Assembly (NCBI GenBank): GCA_964016885.1
Contig: OZ024744.1
Coordinates: 107,756,001 to 107,820,000, forward strand
From: Eledone cirrhosa
Taxonomy: Eukaryota
Direction: 5' to 3'
Length of the DNA: 64,000 bases
Position numbers and translations under genes: made by a program. Below the pieces are notes generated by a model. It saw only the letters and a list, made by a program, of their open reading frames with translations. It had not been told where the DNA came from and did no database searches. Below are positions 54,488 to 64,000 of this stretch, one piece after another (position 1 is the first letter of the stretch; every line of letters begins with the position of its first letter).

Positions 54488-55189
54488 ATAAACCTTATAG
54501 ATCTCTTAGCTACAGAACATAAATAAATGACTGCGTTCTACAATTTCCATCTAACAAATTTTATTCATAAGGCATTGATCAACCTGTGGCTATAGCCGTA
54601 GACACTTGGCCAAGGCACCACACATTTGGTTACAAATTCAGTTATGGATAAAAGTAATGGCCTCTCATAATTGGGTAATGGGTTCTTTACAATTGAGCCA
54701 TTGATTGATATCCTCTCTAGTACTGTTGCCACAGAAAATGCATCTGGTTAACTGAAGTGGTTGGCATCACGAAGGGTACCCAGCTGCAGAAAATCTGCCA
54801 AATAAAGATTCAAGATGACACTTCAGTTGTGTTGACAACATCCCTAATGTTGATGCCATGATAAAATGCACCTGGCACACTAAGAGTAGGAAAATGTCTG
54901 ACTTACATACTGACTTGGTCTGTGACAACCTACCCAAACCATATGGGTTGGGAAGACGGGAAGTTAAATGTTTGATTAGAATACATGGCTGTTAACTTTT
55001 AATTTCCTCTACCACATTAGTGAGACCTTCTTGAAAAGTACATAACACAGACTGCATCATATTCAATATTAAAGTTTTTATACTAATACTGCAAAAAATC
55101 TGTCCACCAATAATGATACTATAAACATTATAGCATGTTAAGAGTTAATTTAAAAAACTACATCCATTGGGCCTAAAACAAATACTTAC

Positions 55190-55367
55190 CTTTCACACAA
55201 GCTAAATGCGCCAACAATGCTATTGTCTGGATAGTTTTTCCCAAACCCATCTCATCAGCTAAAATTCCATTGAGTTTTTTTTCATGCATTGTCGCTAACC
55301 AGTCTAATCCGACGTGCTGATATTCACGGAGTGTGTGCTTTAGTAAGAAAGGCACAGCCACTTTCAC
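55190..55367 (-). CDS. SRCAP: Exon w4: [17 protein letters not shown]...[26 protein letters not shown]
   Basis: CAG acceptor, GTAAG donor, 178 nt, phase 0-1; Q motif and intact Walker A. Confidence 0.97.
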
Positions 55368-55549
55368 CTGAAAATAGATAAAATATAAAATAATATATAT
55401 TACAAAACAATTAATTTAACCCTTTTGATACAACCCAGTCAAAACTGGCTTTGGTTTTATGAAACCATACCACCCATTTTAAAAGGTTCCTATTTGAATT
55501 AAAATCTGCCAACATAATTTAATATAAGAACCATATATTAAGTTACTAT

Positions 55550-56350
55550 CTTTTTCTTCTTAGCCCACTTATTCCTGAGAGGGTTGTGGGGGTAGAGTCC
55601 TCAAATACTCCTTCCAGAAAGTCCCCTCTGAAGCAACTGTCTCCAACTGATCCGACTGGATCCCCTAGCGTGACCAATCAATCTCATGGATGTTATCCAA
55701 CCATCTTGCTCAGAATCTACCCCTGGGTCTCCTGCCGGTTGGTTTTACCCATAAAATCTGTCCAGCAATTCTTTCCTGAGACATTCTAACCACATGCCCA
55801 TAGTATCAGAGCTGTGATCTCTCAATCCAGAGAAGTAACGGCTCTACCTGGAGTGACTCTCTGATCTCCAAGCTACGCACTTCATTAGGTAAAACCCTTA
55901 GGAGGAACCCCATTTCAACCACTTGCAATCGCGATCGTATTCTTTCGGTCATTACCCAAGATTCATGACCATAGGTAAGGGTTGGCACGATCGAATTGAA
56001 GATAGCGAGTTTGGCTTTTTCGTCTACCTCTCTTCTTGTAATTACTAAATGCTGAAGCTGCTGCATTACTACACAAGCTTCTGCAATTCTTGCACTTAAT
56101 TCAGCCTCCTGCCTTCCATCACACATGAACATGGCCATGAGATACTTGAACTTCTCTACCTGCTTCAGTGGAACTCCATTCACATGTAGAATGCATTGAT
56201 TTTCATTCCAATCATGCTGCATTCAGCGTCAAAACCTATCAGGTACAAGTCAAAGATCATCTGTCGAGTTAATTTAACACCATGTCGTCTGCTAATTCAA
56301 ACCGACTGATTATCAAACAGTCATGATACCACTTCCAACCAGGTTGCACA
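55550..56350 (-). mobile_element. RTE family B 3' portion
   Basis: ORF 55806-56222: QVEKFKYL...PTLTYGHESWVMTERIRSRLQ. Confidence 0.88.
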
Positions 56351-56419
56351 TGTCAAGTAACGAAATAGTTAATTTTAGTATATCTTTTTAAATTCTTCAT
56401 TATCTAATTGAAATAGAGT

Positions 56420-57050
56420 GTACTTCAATAGAAATATGATAATGAAAGGGTTAAGCCTATGGTTTTTCAAATAATTTTCAAAATAATCAAGAATTTTGGA
56501 GGAATTGAGTAATAGTAATAATATAATTGGTGTTTGAACATAAAGGTTCTTAAAAATTATGAAGGAACATTTTTAGATTAATATATACACTTTAAAACAG
56601 TCTTGTATTATAGAAACAACATATATACACTTAGTAATATAAGCGATTTATTATTAAGTTGGTGTTTAGAACAAATTACAGGTTCTTAAAATTGTAATGG
56701 AAGATTTTAGCCCTTTCGTTGCAATATTTTTTAATGAAAGACACTACCTATAATTTTCAATTAATTTAAAAACAATATTGGTAATAACTTTTCCATTATT
56801 AAGCTAGTGAATTAGCAGTATTGGTATTAAGCTGGTGCTTGGAACATAACTTAAGAAAGGTTCTTACATAAAATTATGATGGATGGTTTTTAGATAAATA
56901 TAAACACATTAACCCTTTCATTACCATGATCAAGAATTTGAAGGGATTTCGAAATATAACTTTCGCATTATTAAGCTGGTGTTTGGAACATAAAATTATG
57001 ATATAGGGTTTTAGGTAAATATACACATTTTAACCACATTTGTTACCATA
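56420..57050. repeat. Scrambled tandem copies of an AT-rich repeat (TTAAGCTGGTGTTTGGAACATAA...TTAACCCTTTC); also ~4280, 6230, 19230, 45780, 63220
   Basis: Recurrent motif; TTAACCCT ends suggest a piggyBac-MITE origin. Confidence 0.65.
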
Positions 57051-57120
57051 TGAGAAAGTAAGCTAAGTAGAAAATATGACAGTAGGTGGAGAAGAGGCTT
57101 GGTAAATATGTTTTACAAAC

Positions 57121-57222
57121 CTGTGTAGTTTCAAGCGTGTAACCTTTGGGTTGTAAGCTCTGTGCTTCAGCTGCGATGTCTGTAATCTCTTTGCCAGGAG
57201 CCTTCCCATCAGATGTTGCTGC
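57121..57222 (-). CDS. SRCAP: Exon w3: AATSDGKAPGKEITDIAAEAQSLQPKGYTLETTQ
   Basis: Translated by hand; TAG acceptor, GTTTG donor, 102 nt; KEITDIAAxAxSLQPKGYTL is an SRCAP/Domino hallmark. Confidence 0.96.
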
Positions 57223-58105
57223 CTAAAATATATGTATGAATTACTCCATTAATGATCCTTCTTACACTCCACCATCCTATTTCCCATCCCCATAGGGCAG
57301 TGAGGACACTTTAGTTAAGGATCAACAACTAATTTAGTGATTGTGTCACAATCAAAAACACCCAGTACACTCTATGGGGTAGTTAGTGTGAGGAGGGGAT
57401 GACCAACCATAGAAACCATGCTAAACAAAGGAAGGGGTAGAAGAGAAAATAGACGTTAAACGATGATGGCCATACTTATGTGAAAAAGGATTGGGTAGGA
57501 ATTTCGTATGATGTACCCAATGTGAAAAATGGATGCACAAAAGATGTATAAGATGACAGATAGGCTAACAGGAAGGTTGACAGAAGCACAGGAGTAGTCA
57601 ATAGTAAAAAAAATATCCTTGAAATAAACTCTCTTTATTCAGACAGTTCACTAGAATAACTTTTACTATCTAGGGGCCTCATCAACAGTGGCGGTGGATG
57701 TACTGAAACTGTTGTAGTTAGAGTGAGAACTAGGTAGAAGTTAGGGAGCACATATCTTTGCTGACTACAAAGAGCTTTTCGCTTAGACCAAAGGACATCA
57801 TATGATGCATATGTTCAAACAGTTCTGCTGCATAGCAATGATATGTTGGCTCTGTAATGTGCAAGAACATATGCATCCTCCAGCCTCTCTGGGAGGACAG
57901 TAGCACTAATTAAGTACTGACTTGGTCTGTGATGACCTGTCTGACTCATACAAGCAAAGAAATATGAACATTAAATGATGCTACATGCAGGCATATATAT
58001 ATATATTATCATCATCACTGTTTAACATTATACAGCTAAAATTCCATTATAACAAATTTTCAGTATAACAAAATTTTTTCAATCCCCGGCCACACACTCG
58101 ATGTG

Positions 58106-58460
58106 TTCATCATCATCACCGTTTTACGTCCATTCTTCCACACTAGCATGGACTAGACAGGTTGTCCTGTTGTGGGCAATGCCAGGTCAGGTGACCTTGT
58201 CTTGCTCATACAGAACTGGCTTGATTTCTACAGCTGGATGCCCTTCTTAACACCAACCTCATTTACAGTGAGTACGGGGTGCTTTTTTACTGTGACGCTT
58301 ACACAACCACTTTACAGTGTGGTCTGGGTGCTTTTTGTTGTGACACCTACACAACCACTTTGCAGTGGGAGGGGGTGGGGGCATATTGTCTATATGCTTC
58401 AGCTTGTACCTGTGGGAAGTCGGGTCTTCTGTATTACTGCGTAACGTGTACTGTTTATGT
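58106..58460 (-). mobile_element. Composite SINE family 1; inverted relative to the copy at ~35525-35763
   Basis: (CAT)n tail, GGATGCCCTTC core, subrepeats. Confidence 0.78.
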
Positions 58461-58530
58461 CCTATAATTTAGTAGCTTGGCAAAAATAAAGAGGTCCAGT
58501 AAGAGAATATATATATACATATATATGTAC

Positions 58531-58606
58531 CTTACTAGGTTCAGACCCCTCCTGGATTTCCGGATGCATCAAGTACTCGAGCCCAACCTCTTCTAGGAGA
58601 TCGCTG

Positions 58607-58638
<32 letters not shown>

Positions 58639-58658
58639 CTCTTCCTGTTCAGTGTCAT
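58531..58658 (-). CDS. SRCAP: Exon w2: acidic (D)DTEQEEEE...DLLEEVGLEYLMHPEIQEGSEPSK
   Basis: CAG acceptor, GTACAT donor gives the phase 1-0 required by neighbours; 128 nt. Confidence 0.85.
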
Positions 58659-58747
58659 CTGGAAATAAAAGGGTTAAGTTTAAATGACGTTGACAAAGTT
58701 CGCTGCCTCTCTCTCTTTAACAGGGTGTGTAAATATATATATATAGT

Positions 58748-58938
58748 AATAATTGTTTCTACTTTAGGCACAAGGCCAGCAATTACCCAGTGCATTACTG
58801 GTACTTTATTTTATCGACCCCGTAAGGATGAAAGGCAAAGTCAACCTCGGCGGGATTTGAACTCAGACCGTAAAGGGACGTAACTCTGCTGGAAAGCATG
58901 GCGTCCGACCCTCTACTGATACTGCCAATCCACCGCCC
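58748..58938 (-). mobile_element. tRNA-derived SINE, family 2
   Basis: Colinear with 4025-4214; B-box GAGTTCAAATCC on the minus strand. Confidence 0.75.
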
Positions 58939-59701
58939 TGTAATAATAAATGTGAAGACTAAAATCCAAAGAGGGCTCGATAAGGATAAATATATATAAA
59001 ATATATAAGAACCCTAGAGCAAATATTTATTAAAATAACAGATTAAAGTTTGAGCAAGGAATCGCTGCTTTCACCCTGCATCTTAATTGGGATTACAAAA
59101 GCCCAATTTTAAATTTAGAGAATAGGTCAATATTTGAAATTGTCATTCAAACTGCATCCACAAAGGGTCCAAAGACATTGCATATGAAAAACATCAAGCT
59201 AGTTAATATGTGATCAAGAATTCCTATCCTTATATTACCAGTTCACCTCAAAGACAATGACAAAGTTTGCCTAAAGCATTTATAGATTTAACTATATGAT
59301 TGACTCTTTCATTATCAAGAGCACTTGAATCACTCTGCTCCCAAGATGTGTTAACCTCTTCAGTGCTGTAGACGAGATAGCTCGTCCTAACATGTTTGAA
59401 CTCCTTCCCAACTGTTCATAACTTCAAAGGTAGATGAGCTTACTAGTTTATTGAGGTGATGTTTGTCAATCATTCAGATATGTGTTGTTAATAAATGTTT
59501 GTTTAAAAAACGTCATTTTATTAGGAAAAAACCCGGCACAGCAACTGTAGTTGAGTAAAATATATACGCAGCAGTCAACAGATTAATGTTTGTAAATACT
59601 TCAGAGTTTTACCCTTCATATTAAGGAACTGATGAACTGGTTTGCTTGGGGATAGGCCTTGGCAGGTTGGCGAGACCGAAGGCTGTACTCGCATTAGATA
59701 A

Positions 59702-61018
59702 CAATGGTCAACACAATTTTTGTTGACTTAGGTTTTGTTGTTGCTTTTAGCTAATTTTGAGGTACTGATTTCAAATATGGCATCCATTTCCCCCCTAACA
59801 CATCAGGTTTTCGTTCTATAGCACAACCCTATTTTATTATGAACAGTATGAATAATATAATTTACTTAGGTTGGATAACTAAGTCAAATAGCTTGAAACC
59901 ATAAGTTAAAATGTCAATAGAATCTGATATGATAGATGAAATATAAGATCACCTTTTATTTAATATATCTTGTTAATTCTTAAATAAAATGGATAAAGCA
60001 CAATTGTACACTAACCAACATATTCATGGAACAAATTTTCGCTTACGAGAGCACCTGGTTTGTTTAATGTCTACAGTCTCTTTGAATACTCCAACAGTAG
60101 TCTGTCATCATGTGTGTTCCATCTACCTTGATATCTCTCCTCCATAACCTTGATATCTTGATGGAAGCACTTTCTCTGCTCATGTCTCCAAGATTAGCAG
60201 GAAATTTGAGATGGCTCTTGATGAAATGAATCTATCAAGCAATGTCTCCACCAAATCCTTGTAGTTTGCAACCTTTTTGCATCCCCAAATCCTTTCACAA
60301 CAGACACAAATGAATCCCATGCTCTTTTTCTATGCCAATCATCGAGCTCGAGAAGTTTTGGCATTCATAAACTTTCCGATTTGTGTCCCGTCAAAAACAC
60401 CATTATAACTTAGGCCAGGAAATATTGTACATATCAATTTGGAACAGTCACTCTCCACATTAAGAGCTTTGACAAACTGCTTCATTAGTTTAATATGAAG
60501 AAGTAAGAGGATTTTCTCTCACCCAACAAGTGGTAGGTGTATGATATTCTTCCCAACAGTCAAACTTTTTCTAACTGACCAGTGCTTCTGTTCCCAATAT
60601 TTGTCTTTTGCTCAACTATCCCATTAACACAGGAAACACAGATATTTTGTATACCCCCCCCCCCCTCTGTTGGCCAAGTAAAAAGTTGACCATTTTCAGA
60701 TCCACACACATGTCCCATTTGTGTTCATCATCTTTGTGTAAATCTAATAGCGTTGCACAGAGTGACCAATAGGAATTGCACGTACAAAGTTTTCATTATT
60801 TTAGACACTTCTTTGACCTATCTATAAAGACATTTCTTTGACCTATCTGTAGAGCACCCATCGATTTTGACAGTCTCACCATGTCACAACAATAAACAAA
60901 AACTTGACGGGATAGAAAAAAGAATTGTTATTTTTAAACTCAGCAGCCCTAAATTTCTCAAGAACAGGTTTCAAACTTAGGTCAGCAGCAAAAAAGGCAA
61001 AAATTTTGTTGACCAGTA
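59702..61018 (-). mobile_element. Chapaev3-like DNA transposon, internally deleted
   Basis: TAA target duplication (59699-59701 and 61019-61021), TIRs CAATGGTCAACA / TGTTGACCAGTA, remnants CVDLKMVNFLLGQQ, GYTKYLCFLC, LHIKLMKQFVKAL; family assignment is from recalled motifs. Confidence 0.7.
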
Positions 61019-61273
61019 TAATTTGTACTTTATTTGATTGATGCCGCAACAAGTGCAGCAACAACAGCAAACAAGGGGTGCCATATTACTCGAACGGGGA
61101 CAAGTTTTTTTAGTTTTAATGTGACGGTGATAGAAGAGGCTACCACTGGTAAAGAATTGGAATTGTACACCTGAACAGAAAATGCAAAAAAGGACTAGGG
61201 TCATGACACAACCTTGTTTCATGCCATATGAAACATGGAACAAGTGTTATGGTGATGGAAATAATGCACTTAC

Positions 61274-61399
61274 CATTTTCAGATCCATATTCTTCAGTGT
61301 CCTCTGTTGTATCTCCAGACTCTGTGGTGCCTGGCATTTCAAAGTCGCTTTTATAAGCACCTTCATATTTCTTAACCAACTCCTCAATGGACATTTCAC
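61274..61399 (-). CDS. SRCAP: Exon w1: (G)EMSIEELVKKYEGAYKSDFEMP...YGSEN
   Basis: CAG acceptor, GTAAG donor, 126 nt, phase 1-1; E(M/L)S(I/M)EELxxxYxGAY motif; upstream exons lie beyond the window. Confidence 0.9.
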
Positions 61400-62146
61400 C
61401 TGGAAAAAATATATATATTCTATAATTGTGGCCAGGAATTGGACACAAAACCTTACGAACATGACCCATTAACTTAAAGGTTCTTACATACTCCATTAAA
61501 TAGAAAACATGGAATGAGGTAGTGAGTGTTAACCTAAAGAAGCTGAACCTCACAAAAAAAGATGACAAAGGACCATCCATGTATCCCTCACCCCCAAACC
61601 ACAATCCCCACCCTTGTAGCTCAACTCAGCATCAGTGTACACTCCCAACCCTACTCTATTCAAGGTCATCTACCACCCGCCATCATGCACGAGAGCCCCC
61701 ACTCTAAATCTCTGACATACAAATTATAGTAGCTGTTATCCCCACAGTGTCTCCCACATTGCCAAAGGTCTTGCTTCCAGTAGTGTGGGAAACAGCCAAG
61801 GAGCTATAGAAAACTTGCCATTCAAAGAGTTGGGAAGACTTTAGCTGTGCTATTAACATAACAACCTCCCTAGTGTTGGTAATCTTCACAATACATACAC
61901 CTAATACACTCTGTGAAGTGGTTGGTGATAGGAAGGACATCAAGTTGTAGCAAGCATGCCAAACAAAAAATCAGGAAGATTCTTCAGTTGTGTCAAAGAC
62001 ATGACAAATTCCATGGTGCTGATGCCACAATAAAATGTCTGGGATCATATGTTGAGTCCCTGACCCACCTGGAGGTCTGAGGCTCTATTTGAGTATTGAC
62101 CAGCTAGTAATGACATGCCAAACTTTTGCTAGAAAACAGATGTTAA

Positions 62147-63215
62147 CCCTTTAACATCCGCATTAATTTTCAAATGTCATGCTTATCTGTTCGCATTATT
62201 TTGAGTTAATCATACTCAAGAGGGTTATCAATTTTATTTGTTTGTAATTTTCTTAATTTTCTATGTGCAGACTTGAAATTTTGTCAGTAGATGTTTAAAT
62301 ATCAATAAGTTACAATAATATAATTTTACCTGATTTTTTTGGTCAAATTTGACTTTTATAGGCAGGTGAAATTAATTAATAGAGGCATTTGAAGTATCAA
62401 CCAGGTGCATATACTAGTTTAATTTTAAATACGTTGTTTTCGGCATAATACTTGATATATAAGAATCACTAAACCTTATATCAGTGTTCCAGTAATTCCA
62501 CAGTCTTGGAAATTGTTTTATACCGAATATAATATTTACGGTAAAAAATGCTTGCATTTCCGCAGCATCTGTCAGTCTCCAAACAGATCGGGTTTTCCTC
62601 GATTTGAAATCTGGTGTGGGCATATCAATTAATCTCTCTGCCACAACTTCGAAGAAAGTTTGTGGTAAAAACAAAAAGAAATAATCCAGTGCTTTAGCAT
62701 CGGGAGCTAATGTGTGTTGTGGACCAGTAATTTAAATAAAATCGGGAACATATATTAGTGTGGTATTTTTCAACCACGTTGCTGGAATATTTTCAATCGC
62801 GCCCTGGAGTCTCCTTCGTTTTCACTATAATAATCATCGTCAGACGAAATTTCAGAAATATAAACATCAGATTCATTTGAAGATAAATCACTAATATTAT
62901 CGTTTGTTTCTTGTTTATTCTGAATGTCGTCGTGTGTAAAACCTTCAAAGTCGGTATCGTTACTTTCATAAGCCATGTTGATACAAAAAAAAAAATTTGT
63001 TGCACTTTAGAAGTTAAAAAAACACTTGTTTTAAATTGTTCCACTATATTAAGTGTTAATTTTCGTGGTAAGGACCTAATCTCACAGCAGTCTCGAATTG
63101 ACGAGATTTTGATGATGGTTTGTTTATTTTTAGAACGATTTTTTAGTGTGGGCGATTTCGGGCGGTTTGTACAAATGAAGGGGAAATAATTTCAGGCGAT
63201 TTGAACACTAAAGGG
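62147..63215 (-). mobile_element. Internally deleted piggyBac element, copy 2
   Basis: TTAA|CCCTTTAAC...CACTAAAGGG|TTAA; colinear with 2796-3865. Confidence 0.88.
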
Positions 63216-64000
63216 TTAAACTATATTGATGATTCCTAATGAAAGACACTACCTATGGCTTTTCAAATAGTTTTGAAAAAAATAAAGAATTTAGAGTTTT
63301 AGGAATATTAGTAACATAACTTTTTCATTATTTAGATGGTGTTTAGAACAAAGGGTCTTACATAAAATTAGGAAAGTATTTTTTTTAGATAAATATATAT
63401 CCTATAACACTTTCAATAACATCTAATGAAAGACATTGCCATTGATTTTTTAAGGAATTAGATAATCAAGAATTTGGGCAGATTCATTACTGTAACTAAC
63501 TTTTTCATTATTAAGTTGGTGATTGTATGAAAAGTTTTTATATAAAATCATGACAGAAGGTGTTTTATTAAATATAAACACTTTCAACTCTTTATACCAA
63601 CCCTGATAAAACCAGCTCAGGCTGTATGAAATAAATAGTTTTGGACATGTTGGTATCAAAAAGGTTAATGAAGAATTTTTATAGATTTACTAAAATTAAT
63701 TACCATATATACTTGAATATAAGCTGACCTCCTACTCTGAGAAATGGGCCAAATTCCAAACCCCTGTTTATAAGTTGATGCAGCTAATGAACACGTGTTT
63801 AAATAGTGTGGTTTTAAAATTTTCACGAGTCATCATCATCATTGTTTAACGTTCATCTTCCACACTAGCATGGATTAGAGTATAAAATATATTTATGAAG
63901 ATTTAATATTTTGATGCTTTGAGTGTCATTTAGAGTATAGTTTTTGTTTCACAACTTCATTACGTAATGAGTTTCCATTATAAGTTTCAACAAGTTACCT

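Noticed and set aside
58531-58536. Stronger-looking GTAAG donor 5 nt inside exon w2
   Set aside because: It would leave phase 1 and frameshift the phase-0 exon w3; the GTACAT donor fits
59625-59695. CTGATGA...CCGAAG motif
   Set aside because: Stem II is out of register with the core, no GAAA, no convincing stems I or III

Overview
Eukaryotic, AT-rich, microsatellite- and transposon-dense genomic DNA; the repeat content looks octopus/cephalopod-like (inference). The whole window lies inside one large minus-strand gene for a SWR1-family chromatin-remodelling ATPase (SRCAP/Domino/p400 family). I traced 26 phase-consistent GT-AG coding exons from 61399 down to the window start (6,435 nt, about 2,145 codons): acidic region, SNF2 N-lobe ([16 protein letters not shown]), long S/T/P/A/Q-rich insertion, helicase C-lobe and a >2.1 kb last exon that runs off the edge. 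The 5' end (HSA region) and the stop codon are outside the window. Exon numbers w1-w26 are window-local, in transcript order. Introns hold RTE LINEs, a composite tRNA-derived SINE sharing the RTE 3' tail, Penelope-like remnants, Hero-, CRE- and Ingi/Vingi-like fragments, piggyBac derivatives and MITEs, a mariner, a Chapaev3-like element and a tandem Helitron. I found no clear novel multi-gene system. Best leads: an intact-looking type I hammerhead ribozyme plus decayed relatives, a possible Dom-A/Dom-B isoform switch via an internal splice donor, a decayed duplicate of an exon end, an inverted SINE pair around a frame-closed 1,356-nt exon block, a ~105-bp repeat that recurs just upstream of 3' splice sites, and a twin-priming-type inversion in an RTE copy. 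All alignments were done by eye.
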